Part shown: positions 48,864 to 58,606 of the stretch, piece after piece | Layout: each line of letters opens with the position of its first letter | How positions within the stretch are numbered: the first letter of the stretch is position 1 | Source of the DNA: an uncultured Aminicenantes bacterium | GTDB taxonomy: Bacteria; Acidobacteriota; Aminicenantia; UBA2199 | Length of the DNA stretch: 64,000 bases | NCBI GenBank assembly: GCA_965195285.1 | Contig: CBDAFS010000055.1 | Span: forward strand, 1-64,000 | Direction: 5' to 3' | Translations under genes and position numbers: made by a program | The notes under the pieces: generated by a model | Seen by the model: only the letters and a program-made list of their open reading frames with translations | The model's database searches: none | Told to the model about the DNA's origin: nothing

Positions 48864-49511
48864 TTAATTTCCAAGCTTTCTAACGATCTCTTCAAAAACG
48901 GTCCGGCTCTGAAGGGCTTTAACCGTGAACAGATTTCCCTCTTTCCGGTAAAATTCGATCAGGGGTGCGGTTTTTTCATTGTAGGTTTTCAAACGGTTGG
49001 AAATGGCGGTTTCAGTCTCATCTTCCCTCTGAATAATCTCACTTCCGCAGATATCACAGATCCCTTCATGTTTGGAGGGCATGGAAATCACATTGTAGAT
49101 GGCCTGGCAATCCGGATTCGAGCAGGTCCTCCGACTGGTAAGCCGTTTCATGATTTCCTCCCGGGGGACATCCAGGCTCACCACCATATCCAGGTGAATA
49201 TTCAATTTTAACAGTAAATCTTTGAGTTCCCGGGCCTGGGGAATGGTTCGGGGAAAACCATCTAATACAAAACCCTTCTGGCAATCCGGTTGCTGCAGTC
49301 TCTCTTCCATGATTCCCATGATAATGGAATCGGGAACCAGATCACCCCGCTTCATGTATTCCCCGGCTTTTATGCCGATATCGGTCCCCTGTTTTACCGC
49401 ACTTCTGAGAATATCTCCGGTGGAGATCTGGGGGATCGAAAATTCCTTAACCAGCAGGTTGGCGATGGTTCCTTTCCCGGCACCGGGAGCACCCAGTAAA
49501 ATTAATCGCAT
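48864..49511 (-). CDS. adk: Adenylate kinase
   Basis: GAPGAGKGT, STGDILR, LDGFPRT, Zn-binding lid, QREDE. Confidence 0.96.
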   Translation of the reverse strand: MRLILLGAPGAGKGTIANLLVKEFSIPQISTGDILRSAVKQGTDIGIKAGEYMKRGDLVPDSIIMGIMEERLQQPDCQKGFVLDGFPRTIPQARELKDLLLKLNIHLDMVVSLDVPREEIMKRLTSRRTCSNPDCQAIYNVISMPSKHEGICDICGSEIIQREDETETAISNRLKTYNEKTAPLIEFYRKEGNLFTVKALQSRTVFEEIVRKLGN

Positions 49512-49636
49512 CTTTTTTCTCCTTCAGTCTTCTAAATCCATCCACTTCAATCAACGGTTTTAGGATAAGAGTGTAGCCGAGAATCACCAATAATGCAACC
49601 GTTTAAATAGAAAAACCGATCTGAATCCATGATCGG

Positions 49637-50665
49637 TCAAACAATGACACCGGCTGCCACTATTATATCCTCCTGATAAAACACACAGATCTGACCGGGA
49701 GTAACCGCCCGGACCGGACAGGCAAACTTTCCCCGGATATAATCTTGATCGGTTTCAAGGATTTCAATCTCATGCAACTGGCTCATATAACGTATTTTGG
49801 CCCGGAGCACCTCTCCCGGACGAAGGGGTCGCCAGTAAACCGGAAGCCTTACCCGGATTTCATCACAGAATAGATCTTTGTCTTCACCTAAAATAATGGT
49901 ATTGTTTTTCACATCCTTGCCAATGACATACAATTTCCGGTCGGAAGAAAATCGGGTCCCCCGGCGTTGGCCAATAGTAAAATGCATGATTCCATCATGG
50001 CTGCCAATCCGCTTGCCCTGCACATCAACGATATCACCCTTCCGAATCATCCCGGGAATTCCCCGTTTGAGATATTCGTTCAATGACTGGCCGCTCAAAA
50101 AACAGACATCCTGGCTCTCTTTTTGATGGGCCAGGGGCAGGTCCCGGACCATATCCCTGACTTGGTCCAGACTTCGGGTGGCCAGGGGAAAAATCGTTTT
50201 TCTCAATTTTTCGGCGCCGATCATGGAAAGAAAGTAAATCTGAGACTTATCCCGATCCTGCGGCTCCCTCAGGAACATATCCCCTGCCCTATTTATCCGG
50301 TCCGCATAATGCCCGGTGGCAAACATATCCGCCTGAAATTTGGCAAAGGCCAGATCCCACAACCAGCCGAATTTCATGCTTACATTGCAGGTCACACAGG
50401 GATTGGGAGTCAATCCGGACTGATAGGCATTTAAAAATTCATTGATAACCTTGACCTTGAATAATGACCGGGCATCCATCAGGCTGAGGGGAATATCGAT
50501 CACCGAAGCCAGTTTTTTGATGTTTTTAATTTTATCTGCCTCTCCGGCAGTTCCCATCACCATGGTTATCAGCTGTACCCGGTACTTTGCTTTTTTCAAG
50601 ACCAAGGCTGCTGCCGTTGAATCCTTTCCCCCGCTGAAGGCCACCACCACTTTTTTTGCTGTCAT
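49637..50665 (-). CDS. mnmA: tRNA 2-thiouridylase MnmA
   Basis: SGGKDS, TPNPCVTCN, ATGHYA, ESQDVCF, TIGQRRG, AVTPGQ. Confidence 0.92.
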   Translation of the reverse strand: MTAKKVVVAFSGGKDSTAAALVLKKAKYRVQLITMVMGTAGEADKIKNIKKLASVIDIPLSLMDARSLFKVKVINEFLNAYQSGLTPNPCVTCNVSMKFGWLWDLAFAKFQADMFATGHYADRINRAGDMFLREPQDRDKSQIYFLSMIGAEKLRKTIFPLATRSLDQVRDMVRDLPLAHQKESQDVCFLSGQSLNEYLKRGIPGMIRKGDIVDVQGKRIGSHDGIMHFTIGQRRGTRFSSDRKLYVIGKDVKNNTIILGEDKDLFCDEIRVRLPVYWRPLRPGEVLRAKIRYMSQLHEIEILETDQDYIRGKFACPVRAVTPGQICVFYQEDIIVAAGVIV

Positions 50666-50670
50666 TTCCC

Positions 50671-51636
50671 TTATCCTTTAGGTAAAGAGGTATAAAACCG
50701 GTTTAAGTGGCCCTTGGCCTCTGCATAGCTGCGGCTGGCATATACCTGTCTCCGGAGGTTCCTGGCCTCATTTTGACCGGCTACCAGGAAACGGGTGTAG
50801 GCCTTGATCCGGCTCAACCTTAACTCCGGCGGATACAGTTCTTCAGTCAACTCCAGCAGCCTCCCGATCACCACTCCGATTCCGGCCTGTGCCAGATTCC
50901 CATCCGGTTCATGGCCTAACTGATAGGAAATGTCTGAAAAAATCCGTGGATTGCGCAGGGCCTCACGCCCGATCATGATCCCATCCACCAGCTTCAATTT
51001 TTCCAGGGCATCCGGTATGGTTTTGATGTCTCCGTTTCCGATGAAAGTGGTTCGACTTTTTTCTCTGAGTATCGGGGCCTGATCCCAGCGGGCCGGCTGG
51101 CTGTAACGGTCAGTGACCAGCCTGAAATGCACAGTGATTGCATCCGCGCCCTCCGCCTCCAGGACCCTGATCAGATCAAGGGTCTCTTCCCCTGAAATGC
51201 CCAGTCTGATTTTCACCGTTACCGGAATCCGGGCATACCGACGGACCGCCCCCAAAATGCTCGAGGCCAGTGGAAGATTTCCCAAAAGTGCGGCCCCGGC
51301 TCCACGGCGGGTAATCTTTTTGACCGGGCATCCCATATTGATATCAATGCCGGCATAGTCGGTTTCATCCTGCAGGAATCGAACCGCCTCGATAAAAACA
51401 TCCGGATCCGCCCCGAACAGTTGAATGAACTGGGGGGTTTTGAAATCAACCGATTTCAACATCTCCAGGGTTCTCCGGTTTTTTCTCTTGATCCCCTCGG
51501 CCGATACCATCTCGGTAACCATAAATCCGATGCCACCCATTTCATCCATTAAGATTCGAAAGGCCAGATCGGTCAGCGAGGCCATGGGAGAGAGTACGGT
51601 TCTGTTCTTGAATTCAAGATTTCCGATTTTTAGCAT
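50671..51636 (-). CDS. dusB: tRNA-dihydrouridine synthase (DusB-like)
   Basis: SPMA, TEMVS, QLFG, DINMGCP, TVKIRLG, GNGDI, GIMIGR. Confidence 0.9.
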   Translation of the reverse strand: MLKIGNLEFKNRTVLSPMASLTDLAFRILMDEMGGIGFMVTEMVSAEGIKRKNRRTLEMLKSVDFKTPQFIQLFGADPDVFIEAVRFLQDETDYAGIDINMGCPVKKITRRGAGAALLGNLPLASSILGAVRRYARIPVTVKIRLGISGEETLDLIRVLEAEGADAITVHFRLVTDRYSQPARWDQAPILREKSRTTFIGNGDIKTIPDALEKLKLVDGIMIGREALRNPRIFSDISYQLGHEPDGNLAQAGIGVVIGRLLELTEELYPPELRLSRIKAYTRFLVAGQNEARNLRRQVYASRSYAEAKGHLNRFYTSLPKG

Positions 51637-51739
51637 TTTCAATGTATTTTACCAGTAACCCAAAATGATGACAATTGACAAATAAATTTTTTTATTTTAT
51701 ATATTGGCTTGATCGACACAACCGGGAGTCAACATTAAC

Positions 51740-52321
51740 ATGTTAATTGCTGTATTAGGAAATCCAGGTCCGGAATATGCCCGAACCCGCCACAACATCG
51801 CCTGGCAGATGATCGAATACCTGACTTTTTTTCCGGAGTTGAAATGGAATTCCAAATTCAAGGGAGATCTGGCCATATACAAACCCGAAACCATTCCCGG
51901 GAAAACCCTGTATTTTATCTGCCCTCTGACCTTCATGAACCTGAGCGGAGAAAGCATAACCGCTGCCATGCGATTTTTCAAGCTGGACACAGGAGATCTT
52001 CTGGTGATTCATGACGATCTTGAGCTTGACTTCGGGGTAATAAGCTATAAAAAAGGCGGGGGGCTGGCCGGGCACAACGGGCTCCGTTCGGTGGCCACCT
52101 GTTTGGGAACCCGGGATTTCAATCGTCTGAGAATGGGCATATCCAAACCCTCCCACGGTGATATAACCCCCTATGTGCTTGGACAGTTTTCAAAAGACGA
52201 GCAGGCCGTGCTCCCCACGTTCCTGGAAACAACCGCTAAAATACTGGAAGATAATTTGACAAAAGATATTGATAGCCTGGTGAAAAAATACAATAAACAC
52301 CCGATTATCCCAGACCAGTAG
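51740..52321 (+). CDS. pth: Peptidyl-tRNA hydrolase
   Basis: LGNPG..Y..TRHN, TFMNLSG, HDDLEL, GHNGLRS. Confidence 0.96.
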   Translation: MLIAVLGNPGPEYARTRHNIAWQMIEYLTFFPELKWNSKFKGDLAIYKPETIPGKTLYFICPLTFMNLSGESITAAMRFFKLDTGDLLVIHDDLELDFGVISYKKGGGLAGHNGLRSVATCLGTRDFNRLRMGISKPSHGDITPYVLGQFSKDEQAVLPTFLETTAKILEDNLTKDIDSLVKKYNKHPIIPDQ

Positions 52322-52334
52322 ATTCAGTTTTAAT

Positions 52335-53165
52335 TTATTTTTCTAATCCGTTGATTTCCAGAATCTTTCCGGCTAATTCTTTGACGATTTTGGCACAGGC
52401 CATGGCCGTTATACCCGAAAGATCCCGAAGCGGATTAAATTCCACCACATCCGCCCCGATAATCAAAGGTGCCCGGATATTCTGAATCATTTCGATTAAC
52501 TGACGGCTGGAAAAACCACCGGGCTCATGGTGGGAAACCCCGGGAGCAAAAGCCGGATCCAGCACATCCACATCCACGGAAATGTATAGCGGAATTTTAA
52601 ATTCAAATCCCTGCCCAGGCCTCCAATCTTTCATTTGGATTACAGTTACCCCGAATTTTTCAGCCTGTTCTTTCTGATGGCCATTCAAGGTGCGAATTCC
52701 AACCTGAACCAGGGTTCCGGTCAACTTTTCCTCCATGATCCGGGAAAAGGGACAGGCATGAGAAAGTGGATTGTTTTGAAATTCAGCATACAGGTCCGGA
52801 TGGGCATCAAAGTGGATAATGGAAAATTCCGAAACAACTGCATGCAGGGCCCTGACAATCGGGTAAGTAACCGAATGATCTCCCCCCAGTGAAACCGGGA
52901 CCATACCCTGGCCCAGCATGTCCCTGATGGCTCTTTCAATCGCTTTGAATCCTTTTGGCTTGTCCAGAAAGGGGATATCGCCCAAGTCCCTGAGCAGGGC
53001 CGGGTCACTCAGGTCAAAACCGTTTTCGGTCCAGCGATTGATTGAGTCCGAGAACAGCGCTTCCCTGATCAGAGGCGGGCCATTGGCAGCTCCCCTCAAA
53101 AACGAGGAATTTCGATCCATGGGAAATCCCACCAGCCCGATTCCGGCCGGCGCCTGGAAGGGCAT
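52335..53165 (-). CDS. speB: Agmatinase (ureohydrolase family)
   Basis: GGDHS, DAHPD, SHACPF, SVDVDVLDP, DVVEFNP. Confidence 0.88.
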   Translation of the reverse strand: MPFQAPAGIGLVGFPMDRNSSFLRGAANGPPLIREALFSDSINRWTENGFDLSDPALLRDLGDIPFLDKPKGFKAIERAIRDMLGQGMVPVSLGGDHSVTYPIVRALHAVVSEFSIIHFDAHPDLYAEFQNNPLSHACPFSRIMEEKLTGTLVQVGIRTLNGHQKEQAEKFGVTVIQMKDWRPGQGFEFKIPLYISVDVDVLDPAFAPGVSHHEPGGFSSRQLIEMIQNIRAPLIIGADVVEFNPLRDLSGITAMACAKIVKELAGKILEINGLEK

Positions 53166-53192
53166 TGATGTTTTCGTCTTGATCTCCTGTAT

Positions 53193-54473
53193 TCAACGGG
53201 GGATGTACCGGTTGTAAAATTCCAAATGTTGTCTGGCGATAGCCTCCCAGCTGAAAGTGGAACGCACGGTTTCCAGACCATTTTTCACCAACCTGCGAGT
53301 CAGGTTTTCATCCTGTATCAAACGAATAATCGAATCGGCATAAGCAACCGGTTTCAAGGGATCGATAACCAGGCAGTCCTTTTCATGAACCAGATTTTCC
53401 CGGATCCCCGAATATTTTGAAATAACCGCCGGGACCCCGCAGGCCATGGCTTCCAGAGCAGTCATCCCGAAGGGCTCATATCGGGCCGGTAATATGAATA
53501 GCCGGGCCTGGCGGAAATAGGGAGGCAGTTCATCGTGGGGAATTCCCCCGACCAGATGGATATTTTTCTCCATTCGGTTCGTTTTGATGAAGGCTTTCAT
53601 GTTGGCCATCACCTCGGTTTCCTCCTCGTCCGGGTCAGCAGTGCCTCCGGCAATTACCAGGTGCAGGTCAGGGAAATGCCTCAAAACTCTCGAAAAGGCC
53701 TGGAGCAACAAATCATGACCCTTGGCCTTGGAGATCCGGCTGACCACAAATACATAAGGCTCCGGCAGGTCCAACCGGGTTTTGGTTTCCCTCTGGCCTG
53801 CAGCCAGAGGTGAGAACTTATCAATGTCCACCCCCGGGGGTATGAACTCGGTACGGGGTGAATCAAAATCATACAATTCCTTTATTTTATCCCCTTCTTC
53901 TTTACTGGTGATGGTCTGGGCCGTAACCTGATCGAATATACGCCGCTCTTCGCGTATACGGCGGGTGAAATTGAAAACAGCTTCCTTCTCCCTTTCATTA
54001 CCATCCACCCGTTGCCTCTTCCAGGCCCCCAGTGAATGGGCGGTAAAAAAACAGGGTCTGGAAAATGCCCGGGCCACCTCTAAAGCGACAATGCCCGCAT
54101 CCACATAGTGCCCGTGAAAAATATCATACTGACAGTTCCGGCTGGAAATCCATTTGCTCAGATTGTCTGCCAGTTCATCCAGTACCGGGTAAATAAACTC
54201 CTTGGCAATAAATTTCCATCCGCCGGCCGGAATACGGATCACCCGGACTTCGGGACAATCCGGCAGGGGGTCTATCTGTTTTTTTGACCGGTCAAACCAG
54301 CGGGTAAAGATATCGGTTTGATATCCCAATTGTGAAAGCGCCCGGGCCAGCTGCAGCACATACAATACCTGGCCGCCGGTATCGATTTTGCCCAGCTCCG
54401 GAACCGGGTCAAAATACCCGTGGGTACTCAGCATCCCGATGTGTCGGATTCCGGACAGTCCGGGATCATTCAT
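53193..54473 (-). CDS. GT4 glycosyltransferase, sucrose(-phosphate) synthase-like
   Basis: LSTHGY, DTGGQVLYV, IFTR, HGHY, TAHSLG, YEPFGMTALEAMACG. The ATG overlaps the 3' end of the kinase gene. Confidence 0.85.
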   Translation of the reverse strand: MNDPGLSGIRHIGMLSTHGYFDPVPELGKIDTGGQVLYVLQLARALSQLGYQTDIFTRWFDRSKKQIDPLPDCPEVRVIRIPAGGWKFIAKEFIYPVLDELADNLSKWISSRNCQYDIFHGHYVDAGIVALEVARAFSRPCFFTAHSLGAWKRQRVDGNEREKEAVFNFTRRIREERRIFDQVTAQTITSKEEGDKIKELYDFDSPRTEFIPPGVDIDKFSPLAAGQRETKTRLDLPEPYVFVVSRISKAKGHDLLLQAFSRVLRHFPDLHLVIAGGTADPDEEETEVMANMKAFIKTNRMEKNIHLVGGIPHDELPPYFRQARLFILPARYEPFGMTALEAMACGVPAVISKYSGIRENLVHEKDCLVIDPLKPVAYADSIIRLIQDENLTRRLVKNGLETVRSTFSWEAIARQHLEFYNRYIPR

Positions 54474-55110
54474 TCCGTTCCACTCCATAATCCCGAGTAA
54501 TGATCAAATTGCTGTACATCCTGTGGCTGGAGATGATCCGGTGCTCGATCTCGAGTATCTTTTCCAGATAGGCATCCTGGACCTCCCGTGACCGCTGTCC
54601 TCGTGCTTCCCGGGTATCATGCAAATCCCGGTCAATAAAAACATGGCAATCGATATTTTTCAACAAGGTCGTATAGGTCCCCTCCACAATCACAACCGAA
54701 ATTTCAGATAACGGTATGGTTTCCGTGGTGATCCGATCCTCGTCATAGAGAACCAGAGGTTTAGTTAGCTGCTTTTTGCCAGCCATTATATCCTGGATAT
54801 GTTGATCAATCAATTCCAGGTGAACTTCCGAAGTACCCACATGCTCGATATTCTCTTTTCTCATCTCGGCATTGGTTTTTGGGGGGTAAACAAAATAATC
54901 ATCCTGTTGAAGAATTACGCTCTTAAATCCTGAATTTTCCAGATTCTGATAGAGTGAATAGGCAATTTCGGATTTCCCGGCCCCGGACTCACCGGCAATG
55001 GAAATGATGAATTTTTTTTGAGAGTTCTTTATCCGGGGGATCAGAATATCTGCGATCCGGACAGCAGCACCGGCATGTTCTTTTTTTATGATTAATTTAT
55101 CACCGATCAT
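54466..55110 (-). CDS. Uridine kinase-like P-loop kinase
   Basis: IAGESGAGKSE, QDDYF, IVEGTY. Confidence 0.8.
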   Translation of the reverse strand: MIGDKLIIKKEHAGAAVRIADILIPRIKNSQKKFIISIAGESGAGKSEIAYSLYQNLENSGFKSVILQQDDYFVYPPKTNAEMRKENIEHVGTSEVHLELIDQHIQDIMAGKKQLTKPLVLYDEDRITTETIPLSEISVVIVEGTYTTLLKNIDCHVFIDRDLHDTREARGQRSREVQDAYLEKILEIEHRIISSHRMYSNLIITRDYGVERNE

Positions 55111-55168
55111 GGAACCATCTGAATTCTGTTAACCAATATATGCAAAATTACCAGAATTGTCAATTTGC

Positions 55169-55960
55169 TCACATCAATCCCTGGTACATGCCCCCGTCGA
55201 TCAAAATGGTATCCCCGGTAATATAGGATGCCGGTTCAGAGGCCAGGAAAGTCACCAGCGAGCCGAAATCCGCCGGGTTTCCGGTTTTTTTAGCCGGAAT
55301 GGAAGTCAGCAGATTTGACAGGGCCTGGTCATATTCCATTCCGCTCTCCCCGGCCCTTTTTTTTATCAATTCCTTCACCCGATCGGTCATAAAATATCCG
55401 GGGGCCACCACATTGGCGGTGATATTCAGACTGGCAACAGCCTGTGAAAGGGTTTTGATATAGGCCACCACACCGACTCTGGAGATGTTGGACAACGCCA
55501 GTGTGGGGAGCGGCTGTTTGACCGATATGGAGGCCAGGGCAATAATTCGCCCCCACTGCTGGGATTTCAAGACCGGCAAAAAACGTTCCACCAGATTAAT
55601 GGTACTGAAAAGATTTAATTCGACCGCACCCCGGATATCACTGAGACTAAAGGTTTCAATAGCACCGGCAGGTGGTCCGCCAGCGTTGGTAAACAAAATG
55701 TGGTAGTTTCCAAAATGGTCCATGACCCGTTCCTGAAAGGTCTTTACCGATTTCGTATCGGTTACATCACAAACCCAATCCAGGACATCCACACCATAAG
55801 TGGACTTCAAATGTTTGCCTGCCTCCTGAATCCGGTTTTTATCCCGGGAACATATTGCCAGATGAACCCCTTCCCGCGCCAGGGCTTCGGCAGTTGCCAG
55901 TCCCAGACCGCTGCTGGAAGCCGCCACCACAGCCACTTTACCTTTTATGCCCAAATCCAT
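55169..55960 (-). CDS. SDR family oxidoreductase
   Basis: ASSSGLG, TNAGGPP, SNISR, VAPG, IDGG. Confidence 0.9.
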   Translation of the reverse strand: MDLGIKGKVAVVAASSSGLGLATAEALAREGVHLAICSRDKNRIQEAGKHLKSTYGVDVLDWVCDVTDTKSVKTFQERVMDHFGNYHILFTNAGGPPAGAIETFSLSDIRGAVELNLFSTINLVERFLPVLKSQQWGRIIALASISVKQPLPTLALSNISRVGVVAYIKTLSQAVASLNITANVVAPGYFMTDRVKELIKKRAGESGMEYDQALSNLLTSIPAKKTGNPADFGSLVTFLASEPASYITGDTILIDGGMYQGLM

Positions 55961-55985
55961 TTTGCCTCCGTTTAAGCGAATATAT

Positions 55986-56027
55986 CATTTTACATGTTGC
56001 ATTTTACATGTTACATTTGTCATATAA
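55986..56027. repeat. Three tandem 14-bp repeats upstream of the SDR gene
   Basis: cattttacatgttg / cattttacatgtta / catttgtcatataa. Confidence 0.6.
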
Positions 56028-56030
56028 CCT

Positions 56031-57188
56031 CTAAATAGATTCACAAATAATATCCTTATCCAGTTGTCTTTTCTGGGTTTCGATATCAATGATTAAGGTA
56101 AAATGCAGCGGCCGGGAGAGGTCCCGGGCTTTGAGTAATACCACCATATCTACTTTCACATTGCTGGTTCCCCCAATATAAAGGCCGCTGTTTGAAAAAA
56201 CCGTTTTCCCGGCCGGAATATCTCCGAATCGCAGCTGAATCATCCAGAAGGGAGACCTCCATTTGACCCGTATGCTGTCGCTGATAGGATGAAAGAGGGG
56301 TTTAATCCTGGATTGACCCGCATTTTTATCCGGACGGTAAGGAATTTCGAATTCCTCCAGACAAAAAAATTCTTTTTCAGGATCCTCAATGTTGATCTCC
56401 AGCTGAACATTCCGGGCTGTTTCCGAACCCGTATTGGTGATACAGAAATCAATCTGACTGACCGCTCCGATTCTCTGCAAGTGGACAGCCAGCTCCCGGT
56501 AGAAATGACGGTTGGATCTTGGAGGGATTCCGAAAGCATATCCGTGATCAGTCGGAGCGACATCGGTCTTGAAATCAAAATCAGGAAGCGAATCCAGGGG
56601 CGGGATTCCGATCGAAAAGGTTTTCAAATTCAGATAATCACCCAGCGTCTTTCCCTTTTCAGCATGAGCAAATTCAACCTGGAAAGAAATATCGGACTTC
56701 CCTTGATCCAGGTCACACTCCTTTATCCGGGCAGCCTCATCGGTATCGGCCTCACCTATGGCATTCCCCCGACGAACATAAATAACATACTTTTTAAAGT
56801 TGGCGAAATCTTCCTTTAAATAGAATGGCCTCTGCTGAAGAGGAATGTGAATCATGGCGATTTTTTTCCGCTCAACGGTCAAGGTTTTATAATAAAATCG
56901 AATGGGTTTATGGAGTTTTGCATTCACAAATTCCTGAATTTTTTTTTCATCAAGATGGGTGATGACACCCAGGATCCTGTTTCTCCCCTCTTTTACCCCT
57001 TCCACTCCGACCAGTATGTAGGTGTCTGTTCTTCTCCAGGCATTGGCCGCACTGACAATATCCCTTAATAGTTCTCCCTTTTCCAGATCCAGGGCCCCGT
57101 CGAACTTGTATTCATGAGGCCGGAATATCAACACATCACTGGCCTCCTCATACAAAAGCCGGTTAAAAATATCGATTTCTTTCTCCAT
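56031..57188 (-). CDS. Schlafen/AlbA_2 domain protein with putative Ig-like C-terminal domain
   Basis: LLYEE...ELLRDIVSAANAWRRTDTYILVGV...YVRRG; C-terminal ITNTGSETARNVQLEI. Confidence 0.7.
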   Translation of the reverse strand: MEKEIDIFNRLLYEEASDVLIFRPHEYKFDGALDLEKGELLRDIVSAANAWRRTDTYILVGVEGVKEGRNRILGVITHLDEKKIQEFVNAKLHKPIRFYYKTLTVERKKIAMIHIPLQQRPFYLKEDFANFKKYVIYVRRGNAIGEADTDEAARIKECDLDQGKSDISFQVEFAHAEKGKTLGDYLNLKTFSIGIPPLDSLPDFDFKTDVAPTDHGYAFGIPPRSNRHFYRELAVHLQRIGAVSQIDFCITNTGSETARNVQLEINIEDPEKEFFCLEEFEIPYRPDKNAGQSRIKPLFHPISDSIRVKWRSPFWMIQLRFGDIPAGKTVFSNSGLYIGGTSNVKVDMVVLLKARDLSRPLHFTLIIDIETQKRQLDKDIICESI

Positions 57189-57270
57189 GGTCAATGTCCT
57201 GAATGCAACGGAACCGGATCAAACTGAATCACTATATGTTTATCATGTTGGAAAATAAATTTCAACTATT

Positions 57271-57741
57271 CTAATGCCCTTCGCCATGCGCCATTTTAAT
57301 CCCGTGCTCAAAAAGCGGAAGCATCAGGCGAGTGGCAAGCTGAACGGCCTTCAGGGAACCGGGAAAATTGATCACAATGGTTTTATCTTTGATCCCGCTG
57401 AATCCCCGGGAAAAAACCGCAAACCGGGTTTCCCGGTAAGATTCCCATCTGAGCATTTCCGAAATTCCCGGAATTTCCAGATCACAGATTTCACGGCTGA
57501 TCTGGGGCGTGATATCACGGGAAGACAATCCGGTCCCTCCTGTTGTCAATATATAGTCGACACCGATGTTCTGGGTAATGGCTTTTCTGATATCCGGTCC
57601 CTCATCCGGAACCAGAATCAGGGAAACCTCTGTCTCCACTTCACTGTTATCAATCAATTTTTTTATTTCAGGGCCGGACTGATCCGGGTATTCACTCCGG
57701 AAAGCCCTATCCGAAACGGTAATAACCACTATCTTCAGCAC
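57271..57741 (-). CDS. mog: Molybdopterin adenylyltransferase MogA/MoaB
   Basis: TVSDR, DQSG, VPDE, TTGGTG..RDITP, NFPGS. Confidence 0.92.
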   Translation of the reverse strand: MLKIVVITVSDRAFRSEYPDQSGPEIKKLIDNSEVETEVSLILVPDEGPDIRKAITQNIGVDYILTTGGTGLSSRDITPQISREICDLEIPGISEMLRWESYRETRFAVFSRGFSGIKDKTIVINFPGSLKAVQLATRLMLPLFEHGIKMAHGEGH

Positions 57742-58150
57742 TGATTTTACCTCCTTTCAGCACCCGGGTAAAAATGCCATGGCTGGGCATGATACACTCC
57801 CCGGCCTGATCATAAATGGCGCAGCGGTCATGACAGACTTTACCGATCTGGGTAACTTCCATCACTACTCCGTTGATCACCACCCTACCCCCTTTTTTCA
57901 CACGGGTCCAGTCAATTCCCCGGGTGAGAATATTCTCACCGAAGGCGCCGGGCTTCAATTCCATTCCAGGATTCTTTTCCATGAGCAGATCTACAGCTTC
58001 AGCAGCAAGCAATGAAACCTGGCGATGCCAATTCCCAGTGTGGGCATCCCCCTTGATCCCATGATTCTCCACCAGTTCAATTTCTTCTACCGAATGCTTT
58101 TGAACACTCTTTTGCTCGGAAACATTCACCGATTCGACTTTAAATTTCAT
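57707..58150 (-). CDS. MOSC domain protein
   Basis: GIKGDAH, RQVSLL, FGENI, TQIGKVCH..C...CIMP..GIF. Confidence 0.9.
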   Translation of the reverse strand: MKFKVESVNVSEQKSVQKHSVEEIELVENHGIKGDAHTGNWHRQVSLLAAEAVDLLMEKNPGMELKPGAFGENILTRGIDWTRVKKGGRVVINGVVMEVTQIGKVCHDRCAIYDQAGECIMPSHGIFTRVLKGGKISAEDSGYYRFG

Positions 58151-58589
58151 TTTTCACCTTTTTCTCCAGCTTGATATCCGAGATAACCATGGTTTTATCC
58201 ACGGCTTTGCACATGTCATAAATGGTTAGAGCCGCAACCGAAACCGATGTCAGTGCTTCCATCTCAATACCAGTTTTATAATCACAGACCACGTGGGCAT
58301 TGATATCAATCCGGTTGTCCTTCAAAGCAAAGGAAATATTAACGGTATTTACCGGGATCTGGTGACAGAGCGGAATCAGTTCGGAAGTTTTTTTGGCCGC
58401 ATTGATGCCGGCGATTCTGGCCACCGCCAGTACATCCCCTTTCTGAAGTAGATGCTTGCCTATCCGATCCAGAGTTGCTTTATTTAGATAAATTTTTCCG
58501 GAAGCCATGGCCTCCCGATGAAGGATTCTTTTGTTACTGATATCCACCATCCTAGCTTCGCCTTTTTGATCCACATGAGAAAGTTCCAT
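58140..58589 (-). CDS. moaC: Cyclic pyranopterin monophosphate synthase MoaC
   Basis: LSH..ARMVDIS, KGDVL, LIPLCH, TGIEMEAL, IYDMCKAVD. SD AGGAGG before ATG 58589. Confidence 0.96.
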   Translation of the reverse strand: MELSHVDQKGEARMVDISNKRILHREAMASGKIYLNKATLDRIGKHLLQKGDVLAVARIAGINAAKKTSELIPLCHQIPVNTVNISFALKDNRIDINAHVVCDYKTGIEMEALTSVSVAALTIYDMCKAVDKTMVISDIKLEKKVKNEI

Positions 58590-58606
58590 GTTTTCCTCCT
58601 GAAGAA

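Noticed and set aside
57274-57744. 156-aa plus-strand ORF opposite mog, and the many other antisense ORFs in the track
   Set aside because: These are shadow ORFs of well-supported genes and have no recognisable motifs.
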